Shown here one piece after another: positions 21,569 through 31,213 of a DNA stretch of 64,000 nucleotides. Each line of letters begins with the position of its first letter. Within the stretch, counting starts at the first letter, position 1. Origin of the DNA: Hanamia sp. (GTDB taxonomy: Bacteria > Bacteroidota > Bacteroidia > Chitinophagales > Chitinophagaceae); contig DATKQQ010000076.1 of assembly GCA_035532615.1 (NCBI GenBank), positions 483 to 64,482 of the forward strand, in the 5' to 3' direction. A program made the translations under genes and the position numbers. The notes below the pieces were generated by a model, which saw only the letters and a program-made list of their open reading frames with translations, did no database searches and was not told the origin of the DNA.

Positions 21569-22417
21569 ATGTTTAACAATGTCACAATTGTTGGGGTGGG
21601 ATTAATCAGTGGCTCTTTTGCATTGGCTTTGAAAGATACAGGCTTTGCAAAAAACATTATTGGCGTGAGCAGAACACAGGCAAGTTTAGATAAGGCCAAA
21701 GAACTTCGCATCATAGATGAAGCATTACCATTAACAGAAGCAGTGAAAAAAAGTGATTTTGTCTATGTGGCGATTCCCGTAGATGCTACCATAACAGTTG
21801 TGAAAGAAATAATGGATCTTATTAGTGACCAACAAATTGTGGCGGATGCCGGTTCTACAAAATATGCTTTGTGTAAATCATTGGAAAATCATCCGAAAAG
21901 AAAACGTTTTGTAGCTACGCATCCTATGTGGGGTACGGAATATAGCGGCCCCGAAGCCGCCGCAAGAGATGCTTTTCGGGGTAGGTCATGTGTAATTTGT
22001 GAAAAAGAAAAGAGTGACAAGGAAGCGGTAGCTATTGTCGAAAATATTTATGAATCGCTTGGTATGAATATCGTTTATATGAATGCTGAAAATCATGATA
22101 TACATGCTGCTTATGTAAGTCACATATCTCATATCACTTCTTTTGCGCTGGCCAATACGGTTTTGGAAAAAGAAAAAGAAGAGGATGCTATTTTTGAATT
22201 AGCCGGGGGTGGTTTTGAAAGTACCGTTCGTCTTGCAAAAAGTAACCCTTCTATGTGGGCACCAATTTTTATGCAAAACAAAGAAAACGTGTTGGATGTT
22301 TTGAATGAGCATATTTCACAGTTAAGAAAATTCAAGGCAAGCCTGGAAAAAGAGAATATGGAATACCTTATTGAGTTAATGGAAAATGCGAATAAGATAA
22401 AGAAAATTATAAAGTAA
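21569..22417 (+). CDS. tyrA: Prephenate dehydrogenase
   Basis: N-terminal Rossmann motif IVGVGLISGSFA and an HPMWG motif. Confidence 0.85.
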   Translation: MFNNVTIVGVGLISGSFALALKDTGFAKNIIGVSRTQASLDKAKELRIIDEALPLTEAVKKSDFVYVAIPVDATITVVKEIMDLISDQQIVADAGSTKYALCKSLENHPKRKRFVATHPMWGTEYSGPEAAARDAFRGRSCVICEKEKSDKEAVAIVENIYESLGMNIVYMNAENHDIHAAYVSHISHITSFALANTVLEKEKEEDAIFELAGGGFESTVRLAKSNPSMWAPIFMQNKENVLDVLNEHISQLRKFKASLEKENMEYLIELMENANKIKKIIK

Positions 22418-22542
22418 GATGTGAATAGAAATCTTTATTAAATGTTACTCTATAATGAATTTATTAAAAAATAATTCATGTTAATTCGCGAAATTCGGTA
22501 CCAAAAAAATTAGAATAATAAAAAATAAAAAACAAATAAAAA

Positions 22543-23613
22543 ATGAACGAAACGATCCAAAAATTATGGAATAAACGGCCGCTGATCATCAGTGGACCGT
22601 GCAGTGCTGAAACTGAAGAACAAGTGGTAGAAACTGCTACCAGGCTTGCTAAAACAGGAAAGGTAGATGCGCTTCGGGCAGGAATCTGGAAGCCTCGAAC
22701 CAAACCAGGAATGTTTGAAGGCATTGGTGTAAAAGGTTTACCATGGCTTGCCCAGGCAAAGAAAATCTCCGGTTTGCCTATTGCTGTTGAAGTAGCTACT
22801 GCCAAACATGTGGAAATGGCTTTGCAGTTTGATGTGGACATTCTCTGGATAGGCGCAAGAACTACCGTAAATCCTTTCAGCGTGCAGGAAGTGTGCGATG
22901 CATTGCGTGGATCAGATGTGCCCGTGCTCATCAAAAATCCGATCAATCCTGATATGGAATTGTGGAGCGGTGGAATTGAACGTTTGCAAAAAGTAGGTGT
23001 GAAAGAAATTGGAATGATCCATCGCGGATTCTCCAACTATGGTAATACAGAATTCCGCAACGCACCTATGTGGCATCTTCCTATTGAAATGAAAAGAAGA
23101 TTTCCTGATATGCTGATCATTTGCGATCCTTCACATATATGCGGTAACAGGATAGGGCTACATGCAATTGCACAAAAAAGTATTGATCTTGATTTTGGCG
23201 GATTGATGATTGAATCTCATATTGATCCGGATAAAGCATGGAGTGATGCCAAACAACAAATTACTCCTGAGCGCTTGTCAGAATTGCTGGATGAATTGAA
23301 ATGGCGTACGGAAAATACAGATGAAAAAGAATTTGTTACAGCATTAGCTAAATTAAGAGAACAGATCAACCAGATAGATGATGAACTAATGGCGCTTCTT
23401 GGACAACGTATGAAAATTTCTAACAAAATTGGTGTGTACAAAAGAGAGAATAACATTACGATATTGCAAACTAATCGTTGGAATGAAATTCTTGGGAAGG
23501 CCTTTATCAAAGGAGAAAAATTAGATTTGAGCAAAGATTTTATCACTAAATATTTTGATGCAGTGCACATGGAAAGTATCAATCACCAAAATAGAGTAAT
23601 GAATGAAGAATAA
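22543..23613 (+). CDS. Bifunctional 3-deoxy-7-phosphoheptulonate synthase / chorismate mutase
   Basis: KDSA-type DAHP synthase core. C-terminal CM type II segment LREQINQIDDELMALLGQRMKIS. Confidence 0.9.
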   Translation: MNETIQKLWNKRPLIISGPCSAETEEQVVETATRLAKTGKVDALRAGIWKPRTKPGMFEGIGVKGLPWLAQAKKISGLPIAVEVATAKHVEMALQFDVDILWIGARTTVNPFSVQEVCDALRGSDVPVLIKNPINPDMELWSGGIERLQKVGVKEIGMIHRGFSNYGNTEFRNAPMWHLPIEMKRRFPDMLIICDPSHICGNRIGLHAIAQKSIDLDFGGLMIESHIDPDKAWSDAKQQITPERLSELLDELKWRTENTDEKEFVTALAKLREQINQIDDELMALLGQRMKISNKIGVYKRENNITILQTNRWNEILGKAFIKGEKLDLSKDFITKYFDAVHMESINHQNRVMNEE

Positions 23614-24646
23614 AGAAATGGATTCCAAAAAATATCAATTTTCAGGGAAATCAATTAGTTGTTATTTCAATGCAGATTTTGCAAAGATTTCGGATGTAAC
23701 GGATAAAGAAAATACGATCCTTATCACGGATGAAAATATTTTTGCAAAACAACCTGGAAAGTTTTTAGGATGGAAAACCATTGTTTTAAAAGCAGGCGAA
23801 CAATTTAAAAATCAGAAAGCAGTTAATGAGGTTATTGATCAGTTAATAAAATTGAATGCAGACCGGCAGAGCTTTATTGTAGGCGTAGGTGGAGGGGTGG
23901 TCACTGATATTGTAGGTTATGCTGCCTCGGTTTATATGCGCGGAATTAAATTTGCTTTTGCCCCAACAAGTATTCTTGCAATGGTAGATGCCAGCATTGG
24001 TGGAAAAAATGGGGTGGACGTAGGTGTTTATAAAAACCTAGTTGGCGTTATTAATCACCCTGAATTTCTATTGTACGATTATTCTTTTTTAGAAACCTTG
24101 CCTCATGAAGAATGGATCAATGGATTTGCGGAAATCATAAAACATGCGTGTATAAAAGATGAAAGTATGTTTCGTTTGCTGGAAGAAAATACAGTGCAGG
24201 ATTTTCAATTTTCAAAAGAGAATATTGGGAAATTGATTGAGCGGAATGTGGATATAAAATGCAAAGTGGTTGCTATTGATGAACGTGAAACCGGCGAAAG
24301 GAAGTTATTGAATTTTGGACATACGATTGGCCACGCCATTGAAAATTCAGCAAAACTTCCTCACGGTAGTGCTGTAAGCATTGGGATGGTAGCAGCTTGT
24401 GTTATTTCTGAAAAAATAAATGGATTTTCGGAAGCCGATACTGCAAAAGTGAAGCAACTTATTTTGAGATATAAATTGCCAATTGCTTTTGATATTGATA
24501 AAGAAAAAACGTGGAATATCCTTTTGCATGATAAAAAGAAATCGGGTACTGATATGAATTTTGTGGTGCTTGATGAAATAGGTAAAGCTTCCATAAAAAA
24601 AATCTCTTTAACCGACTTGTACGAAATATTTTATTCTCTTGCATAA
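23603..24646 (+). CDS. aroB: 3-dehydroquinate synthase
   Basis: GGGVVTD glycine-rich NAD motif and metal-binding His residues. Overlaps the previous gene by 11 nt; an alternative start is at 23618. Confidence 0.9.
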   Translation: MKNKEMDSKKYQFSGKSISCYFNADFAKISDVTDKENTILITDENIFAKQPGKFLGWKTIVLKAGEQFKNQKAVNEVIDQLIKLNADRQSFIVGVGGGVVTDIVGYAASVYMRGIKFAFAPTSILAMVDASIGGKNGVDVGVYKNLVGVINHPEFLLYDYSFLETLPHEEWINGFAEIIKHACIKDESMFRLLEENTVQDFQFSKENIGKLIERNVDIKCKVVAIDERETGERKLLNFGHTIGHAIENSAKLPHGSAVSIGMVAACVISEKINGFSEADTAKVKQLILRYKLPIAFDIDKEKTWNILLHDKKKSGTDMNFVVLDEIGKASIKKISLTDLYEIFYSLA

Positions 24647-24700
24647 ATTATTCTATTACTTTAATTTTCAATTTTCAACTCTCAATTTTCAATTAAAAAA

Positions 24701-26005
24701 GTGAACATAACAATAACGCCTTCTGCTGTTTTTGGAAAAATAAAAGTGCCTCCCTCTAAAAGCTCGATGCAGCGGGCTTGTGCGGCGGCTCTAATAACAC
24801 CGGGTACCACTGTGATTGATAATTTCGGCGACAGCAATGACGAAAAAGCTGCTATGGATATCATTTCCAAACTCGGCGCTACCATTAATATGGTGAGTAA
24901 TAAAATGGCCATCACTTCAAACGATTATATATTTCGCTCTCAGTTTCCCGAAAAAAACGTGATACTAAATGTTGGCGAAAGCGGATTATCAATGCGGATG
25001 TTTGCTCCTATAGCCGGGCTGTTTAATTACGATATTATTTTTACAGGAAAAGGAAGTATTTTAAAAAGGCCAATGAATTTTTTTGATGAAATTCTTCCTT
25101 TGCTGGATGTGGAAGTAAATTCAAATGATGGAAAATTACCGGTAACATTACGAGGGCCGCTTCATCCAAAGAATATTACTGTGGATGGTTCGCTGAGTTC
25201 ACAATTCTTAACAGGGTTATTATTTGCTTTTGCAAAATCGTGTACAGCTCCTGTTCGTATTACCGTTAGAGACTTATCCAGCAGGCCTTACATTGATCTT
25301 ACTATTTCTGTTTTAAAAGAATTTGGCTTTCGTATCGATAACAGAAATTATGAAGTTTTCACCATTCATCCGCGCAAACCGTTGCCTGCACACAGTATTA
25401 AATATACCGTGGAAGGTGATTGGAGCAACGCGGCATTTCTCTTAGTTGCGGGTGCTATCGCAGGGGAGGTTACTTTAAAAGGAGCCGATCTTAATTCTGC
25501 CCAGGGAGATAAAAATATTATGGAAGCATTATACGATTGTGGCGCTGAGGTGAACATTCACAATAAAGAAATTTCGGTAAAGAAAAATAATTTGAATGCT
25601 TTTGAATTTGATGCTACGCATTGCCCCGATCTTTTTCCGCCGCTTGTTGCGTTGGCAGGTTATTGCAAAGGTTCAACAACGATCAAAGGTGTCAACCGGT
25701 TATTGCATAAAGAAAGCAACCGCGCTATTGCATTGAGAGATGAATTTAAGAAGATGAATGTGGAAATAGAATTGAATGGCGACCTGATGACTATTTATGG
25801 AGGCAAGGAAGTAAAGGGTGGAAAGATTTCCTCGCATAATGATCACCGCATCGCTATGGCCACTGCCGTTGCAGCTTTAAGCGCAAAGGGAAATACGGTC
25901 ATTCAGGATGCGGAAGCTGTCAATAAATCTTACCCCGGATTTTATAAAGATCTGAAGTCATTAAAAAAAATTACTGAAAAGTCTAAAACAAAAGGTGTTA
26001 TTTAA
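24701..26005 (+). CDS. aroA: 3-phosphoshikimate 1-carboxyvinyltransferase (EPSP synthase)
   Basis: GTG start. PPSKSSMQRA motif. 434 aa. Confidence 0.9.
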   Translation: MNITITPSAVFGKIKVPPSKSSMQRACAAALITPGTTVIDNFGDSNDEKAAMDIISKLGATINMVSNKMAITSNDYIFRSQFPEKNVILNVGESGLSMRMFAPIAGLFNYDIIFTGKGSILKRPMNFFDEILPLLDVEVNSNDGKLPVTLRGPLHPKNITVDGSLSSQFLTGLLFAFAKSCTAPVRITVRDLSSRPYIDLTISVLKEFGFRIDNRNYEVFTIHPRKPLPAHSIKYTVEGDWSNAAFLLVAGAIAGEVTLKGADLNSAQGDKNIMEALYDCGAEVNIHNKEISVKKNNLNAFEFDATHCPDLFPPLVALAGYCKGSTTIKGVNRLLHKESNRAIALRDEFKKMNVEIELNGDLMTIYGGKEVKGGKISSHNDHRIAMATAVAALSAKGNTVIQDAEAVNKSYPGFYKDLKSLKKITEKSKTKGVI

Positions 26006-26134
26006 ATGGCCACTTAAGTAAAGTTTTAACAACCTTTTCTAAAAAGCTTGAATAGTTTTAAGCTATTGCTTCATACATTCCAATTAAATTTTTTTGGATA
26101 ATTTTCATCTCCTATATTTGCACTCCCAAAATAA

Positions 26135-26209
26135 GGGAGCATAGCTCAGTTGGTTTAGAGCATCTGCCTTACAAGCAGAGGGTCCGCGGTTCGAACCCGT
26201 GTGCTCCCA
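26135..26209 (+). tRNA. tRNA-Val (anticodon TAC)
   Basis: Hand-folded cloverleaf. Acceptor GGGAGCA/TGCTCCC, D-arm GCTC..GAGC, anticodon stem TCTGC/GCAGA with loop CTTACAA, T-arm CGCGG TTCGAAC CCGTG. No encoded CCA. Confidence 0.9.
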
Positions 26210-26222
26210 CAGTGATAATCAG

Positions 26223-26257
26223 CCACTTACATAAATTTACTTGTAAGTGGTTTTTTT
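26223..26257 (+). terminator. Rho-independent terminator after the tRNA
   Basis: CCACTTACA / TGTAAGTGG 9-bp stem followed by T7. Confidence 0.7.
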
Positions 26258-26258
26258 A

Positions 26259-26282
26259 TTTACCCTACAATTTACCCTACAA
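26259..26282. repeat. Tandem 12-mer TTTACCCTACAA x2
   Basis: Perfect direct tandem immediately after the tRNA terminator. Confidence 0.9.
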
Positions 26283-26792
26283 ATTTTTATTTTACCTTTT
26301 CTTCTAATAAGTTAAGTTGATAAATGTAGAGGCAACTTGTTCAATACTTTTCTGTGCTATAACCAATATTGCCATTAAAATTTTAAAAAAGGATACACAT
26401 TTTCTAAAAAGGATATTTTTTCAATCCAGGTTATTAGCAAAAAACATTCATTATCAACTTTATTTTAGTGGATATCATAATTTATTTTAAATTGCGTTTT
26501 TTAAAATTATGAGGCCGGATTATCCTTCCAAAATTTTCAATGACAAATCAGACAACTATAGCTGTTTGATGCAAGCCCTTGCTGCCAATCCTTTACCTCA
26601 ATTTAATTAGTATCTAAAGTACAATCCAGAATTATTGGTAATTATTATAATTAGGAAATAACATTCCTCCTGATTTTATAATTCCTTTTACCAGATATTA
26701 AGCTACTTATACTTTAATACATTATTTCAAGATCCATTCCTTCCAAATTTTTTTTACCAGCATATATTAATTCTCACTGTAAAAATTTACTC

Positions 26793-28412
26793 ATGGATAA
26801 TTTTCAAACAACAAAAGGTTCAGCAATTCTAAAGTTCCTCGAATATTTTAAAGTAACTACCAGCAATTCCGAAAATATATTTTATCAACTTTTTCCAGAA
26901 GACCTGGTAATACAGGCAATCGAAATGGGTGAAGGTGTTTTAAGTAGTACCGGGTCATTGGTAATAGATACCGGTGAATTTACCGGCAGAAGCCCAAAAG
27001 ATAGGTTTATCGTTAAAGATGATGTAACCGAAAAAATAATTGACTGGAACGGTTTTAACCAACCTATAGCATATGAATACTTCGATTTACTGCTTAAAAA
27101 AATGTTAGAATACATAAAAGGTAAAAAATTATGGATCCGTGACTCCTGCGTTTGTGCAAATACTGATTTCAGGCTAAACGTAAGGGTAATCAATGAAAAC
27201 CCGTGTTGCAATCTTTTTGCTTACAATATGTTTCTCAGGCCCCAAAAAGAGGAATTAAAAAATATAAAGGTTGACTGGCATTTAATTCAGCTTCCACACT
27301 TTTTTGCAGATCCATTCACAGATATGGTACCCCGCAGAAATTTTGTGGTTATCAATTTCACTGAAAAAATAATTCTCATAGGTGGCACCCAATACACCGG
27401 CGAAATAAAGAAATCGGTATTCAGCATTTTAAACTTTATCCTGCCAAAAGAAAAAAATGTATTGAGCATGCATTGCGCTGCCAATGTAGGAAAGGACGGA
27501 GGCACCGCATTGTTTTTCGGGTTGAGCGGCACCGGTAAAACAACCCTGAGTGCCAGCCCGGATAGAAAACTGATTGGCGATGACGAACATGGGTGGGATG
27601 ATCATTCAATATTTAATATTGAAGGAGGGTGCTATGCAAAAGCGATTAACCTTGACCCGGCTAAAGAGCCTGAAATTTATAAAGCCGTCAGGTTTGGGGC
27701 CGTGTTGGAAAACGTTTCTTTTTTCAAGGGTACCAATACTGTTGATTTTTCCTGCAAAAAAATAACAGAGAATACACGGGTAAGCTACCCAATAGATTAT
27801 ATCAGTAATTCTTTACGACCCTCTGTTGGCAGTATTCCGGCTAATATCTTTTTTTTAACTGCGGACGCTTTTGGGGTTTTGCCGCCCATAAGTAAACTCT
27901 CTGTTTCACAGGCGATGTATTATTTTATCAGTGGATACACTGCTAAAGTTGCGGGTACAGAAGAAGGTGTTATAGAACCAAAACCAACTTTCAGCGCCTG
28001 TTTTGGAGCGCCATTCCTGCCATTGCATCCTGTTGTTTATGCTGTTATGTTGGAAAAAAAATTAAAAGAATACGAGCCGTGTGTTTGGCTGATAAATACC
28101 GGATGGACTGGTGGGGGATATGGCGTGGGAAAAAGAATGAAGCTTGAATATACAAGGGCAATCGTTAAAGCTGCCCTTGAAGGAAAACTGGAAAAAGTAA
28201 GCTACCGTTCTCATAACTTGTTTGGGTTAATAACACCAACATCATGCCCGGGTGTTCCTTCGATGGTATTGGATCCCGAACTAACCTGGGAAAATAAAGA
28301 AAGCTACCTGGATGCGGCTAACCAGCTTGCCGGTTATTTTATAAAGAATTTTGAAAAATATAGTGGATTGGTAAGCAGGGAGATCATTGAGGCAGGGCCA
28401 AAAATTAATTAA
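26793..28412 (+). CDS. pckA: Phosphoenolpyruvate carboxykinase (ATP)
   Basis: Kinase-1a motif GLSGTGKTTLS. 539 aa. Confidence 0.95.
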   Translation: MDNFQTTKGSAILKFLEYFKVTTSNSENIFYQLFPEDLVIQAIEMGEGVLSSTGSLVIDTGEFTGRSPKDRFIVKDDVTEKIIDWNGFNQPIAYEYFDLLLKKMLEYIKGKKLWIRDSCVCANTDFRLNVRVINENPCCNLFAYNMFLRPQKEELKNIKVDWHLIQLPHFFADPFTDMVPRRNFVVINFTEKIILIGGTQYTGEIKKSVFSILNFILPKEKNVLSMHCAANVGKDGGTALFFGLSGTGKTTLSASPDRKLIGDDEHGWDDHSIFNIEGGCYAKAINLDPAKEPEIYKAVRFGAVLENVSFFKGTNTVDFSCKKITENTRVSYPIDYISNSLRPSVGSIPANIFFLTADAFGVLPPISKLSVSQAMYYFISGYTAKVAGTEEGVIEPKPTFSACFGAPFLPLHPVVYAVMLEKKLKEYEPCVWLINTGWTGGGYGVGKRMKLEYTRAIVKAALEGKLEKVSYRSHNLFGLITPTSCPGVPSMVLDPELTWENKESYLDAANQLAGYFIKNFEKYSGLVSREIIEAGPKIN

Positions 28413-28424
28413 AAAGTGGAATAT

Positions 28425-29429
28425 ATGGTTAACAGGAATGTATTAACATTGGATGAATTTACGCTCAGGGAAATGCACGCATTCCCCAGGGCGACAGGCG
28501 AACTGGCAGGCCTTTTAAGGGATATAGGCCTGGCAGCCAAACGTGTAAATGTAGAAGTAAATAAAGCGGGGTTGGTAGATATCCTGGGAAACACCGGAGA
28601 TATCAACGTGCAAGGGGAAGAGGTGAAAAAATTGGATGAATATGCCAATAGCCAGTTCACCGGCGTTTTGAGGCATGGAATAAGTTGTGCGGGAATTGCC
28701 AGTGAAGAACTTGATGATATCGTAGGCTTTGACAATGCCATCAGCAGGAATTCAAAATATATTTGCATGTTTGACCCTCTTGACGGAAGCAGTAATATAG
28801 ATGTCAATGTATCCATCGGCACTATTTTCAGCGTTTACCGCAGGGTTAGCGAGACAGGGCATTTGGTAAAGCGTGAAGATTTTCTACAGCCCGGCACCAG
28901 GCAGGTTGCAGCGGGCTATATCATTTATGGCTCCTCTACCATTCTTGTGTATGCTACCAAAAGAGGCGTGAATGGATTTACGCTGGACCAGTCAATAGGT
29001 GAATTTTGTTTAAGCCATCCCGGCATTCATTGCCCTGAAAGCGGTAAAATATATTCAGTAATCCACGGTAATTTTTTTCAGTTTGGCACCGGAGTTCAGC
29101 AATACCTTGCCGCCTGCCAGCAAAAGAATGAAACTAACGGAGGCCCTTATACGCAAAGGTATATCGGCAGTATGGTTGCTGACGTTCACCGCAACTTAAT
29201 AAAAGGCGGCATATTTATGTATCCTGGTACACAGGAAAGGCCAAATGGGAAGCTAAGGCTGTTATATGAATGTAATCCCCTGGCTTACATTATTGAAATA
29301 GCAGGCGGAAAAGCTACTGATGGAAAACAAAGGATCCTGGAGAAAGAGCCTGCAGAATTACATGAGCGTTCCCCTTTTTTTATTGGAAGTAAAAAAATGA
29401 TGGAAGAGTTTGAAGATGAAACCAGTTAA
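28425..29429 (+). CDS. fbp: Class 1 fructose-1,6-bisphosphatase
   Basis: FBPase motifs (DPLDGSSNID, GKLRLLYE). ATG at 28425 preferred over the GTG at 28416 given in the track. Confidence 0.9.
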   Translation: MVNRNVLTLDEFTLREMHAFPRATGELAGLLRDIGLAAKRVNVEVNKAGLVDILGNTGDINVQGEEVKKLDEYANSQFTGVLRHGISCAGIASEELDDIVGFDNAISRNSKYICMFDPLDGSSNIDVNVSIGTIFSVYRRVSETGHLVKREDFLQPGTRQVAAGYIIYGSSTILVYATKRGVNGFTLDQSIGEFCLSHPGIHCPESGKIYSVIHGNFFQFGTGVQQYLAACQQKNETNGGPYTQRYIGSMVADVHRNLIKGGIFMYPGTQERPNGKLRLLYECNPLAYIIEIAGGKATDGKQRILEKEPAELHERSPFFIGSKKMMEEFEDETS

Positions 29430-29599
29430 ATGCAAAATGCAAATTAAAATTCCTCCATTTTCATTCTTTGAACAAGAGATCACTCGGTGTAAACACTTAC
29501 GTAAAAGATACATTCAAACTTTGATTAAAATCAGCTTTTATACTGATTAATCGAATATGAAATATTACCAAATTTGAGGAACACGAACTTTCCTAATCT

Positions 29600-29944
29600 T
29601 TGCATCTTACTGATTATGATATTGAATGTATTAATAAGGCAAAAGAACTCATCGATGCCAACCTGGGAACGCATTTTACCATTGAATTTATCGCGGTCAA
29701 AGCAACAATAGGGAAAACGAAGCTCACGATTGGATTCAGGCAGTATTATGGCATGGGTTTGTATAGCTATTTACGCAAACAGAGAATGATTAAGGCGGCT
29801 GAACTGATGGCCGAAACCCCGAGAACTATAAAACAAATAGCCGGAGATACCGGCTTTAAGTATGCCTCCAATTTTACCAAGGCCTTTGCCGCTTACCATG
29901 GATTAACTCCCGGTAAATACAGGGAGCTATTTTCTGTTCATTAA
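29600..29944 (+). CDS. AraC-family HTH domain protein (short, TTG start or N-terminally truncated)
   Basis: HTH_18-like sequence (...IAGDTGFKYASNFTKAFAAYHGLTPGKYR). No ATG is available upstream. Confidence 0.65.
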   Translation: MHLTDYDIECINKAKELIDANLGTHFTIEFIAVKATIGKTKLTIGFRQYYGMGLYSYLRKQRMIKAAELMAETPRTIKQIAGDTGFKYASNFTKAFAAYHGLTPGKYRELFSVH

Positions 29945-30225
29945 TGACCATAAATTCAAACTTAACAAGGCTTTAATCCACTTTCCTTGAATGCTCTGGG
30001 GCTTTTTTATCCTGTCTATATTGGCCCAGGAGTATTTCTGCCATGATGTTTGGTATTGCGCTTACCAGTCACTGTTACATCACACCAAATGTAGTCTATC
30101 CATAACCGTTATAGCTGTTTCTTATGTAACACCTCTCCAAAAATAAAGCCGTTTGAATAAGGATTGCGTCCAATTGAATAAGTATTAACCGGGAGCTTTG
30201 TATTTATAAAATAACTCCCGTAAAA

Positions 30226-30681
30226 ATGAAACATCAAATTTCAAAAACGGTTTTCCAGGTCGCAAAGTTTCTGCTCATCCTGCTTTTTACCTACACCGGT
30301 ATCAGTAAGCTTTCAGGCCATGAGCAGTTTGAAGCACAGTTAAGCTTGCAGCCCCATCTTGCGCCCATCTCTCTTTTTCTTTCCTGGATACTGCCGGTAG
30401 CTGAACTCCTTACTGTTCTGTTCATCCTGTTTGAACGAACGCTTCTTTTAGGCTTGATGTCGGCTACTTTTCTAATGACTGCTTTTACAATCTATGTAGC
30501 CGGCATGCTTCTTTTTAGAGGCTCGCTACCCTGCAGTTGCGGGGGAGTAATTGCACAGATGACCTGGAAGGAGCATTTGATCTTTAATTTCTTTTTTATG
30601 TGCCTCTCATGGGAGGCCCTTATCTATCACTTTAAACAAACGACTCAACGCATTAGTACTAATACAAAGGAAGTAAGCTGA
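30226..30681 (+). CDS. MauE/DoxX-like redox-associated membrane protein
   Basis: Four hydrophobic helices and a CSCGG motif. Confidence 0.55.
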   Translation: MKHQISKTVFQVAKFLLILLFTYTGISKLSGHEQFEAQLSLQPHLAPISLFLSWILPVAELLTVLFILFERTLLLGLMSATFLMTAFTIYVAGMLLFRGSLPCSCGGVIAQMTWKEHLIFNFFFMCLSWEALIYHFKQTTQRISTNTKEVS

Positions 30682-30806
30682 AAACCTTCAACAGAGTAAG
30701 CGATATTTTTTATACAATAAAACAATGCCTCCCGCATTGAACTTTCAACACATTATTTAACCATAAAGTTTTTGTTGCTTTTTGAATCACAAAAGCATCC
30801 ATTATT

Positions 30807-31166
30807 ATGATAAAGAAATATGGAACCGGCCTTTTGGCCATAATTATTGCTGTAGGCGCTTTTGCGTTTACAACCCCGGTTAATAAAAACCTGGGGACAA
30901 AGTTGTTCCGCTATTCAGCTCCGGGCGGATCTTATTCACAACCTAATGTCCAGGATAATGGCAACTGGGTCCTGATAACCGGATCAGCCAACTGTCCCTC
31001 AAATGTTAATCAGCGGGCTTGTGAAATGGATGTGGATGATAGTCAGTTAAATCCTGATAACAGCCTTAAATCTTCCTTTTCCATTAGCGCCCAACAATAT
31101 GGATCTACAGGAGTTTTCTATGTGAACGGAATTTCTTCCGGCACGATTCACAACAAAACGTTTTAA
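30807..31166 (+). CDS. Small secreted/anchored protein with one Cys pair
   Basis: N-terminal hydrophobic helix. CPSNVNQRAC loop. Followed by a strong terminator. Confidence 0.5.
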   Translation: MIKKYGTGLLAIIIAVGAFAFTTPVNKNLGTKLFRYSAPGGSYSQPNVQDNGNWVLITGSANCPSNVNQRACEMDVDDSQLNPDNSLKSSFSISAQQYGSTGVFYVNGISSGTIHNKTF

Positions 31167-31182
31167 GGCGTTTGAAGACAGA

Positions 31183-31212
31183 AGAGCAGTGGAAACCACT
31201 GCTCTTTTTTTT
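31183..31212 (+). terminator. Rho-independent terminator between convergent genes
   Basis: AGAGCAGTGG aaa CCACTGCTCT stem followed by T8. Confidence 0.7.
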
Positions 31213-31213
31213 A

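Noticed and set aside
22476-23036. 186-aa ORF antisense to the DAHP synthase/chorismate mutase gene
   Set aside because: It lies entirely within a well-supported gene on the opposite strand, has a low-complexity odd composition and no recognisable motif. It is a shadow ORF.
26135-26792. tRNA-Val as the integration site of a genomic island
   Set aside because: The genes immediately downstream are core metabolism (pckA, fbp). No integrase is present, and I found no second copy of the tRNA 3' end in the intergenic regions I scanned by eye. The TTTACCCTACAA x2 tandem alone is insufficient evidence.
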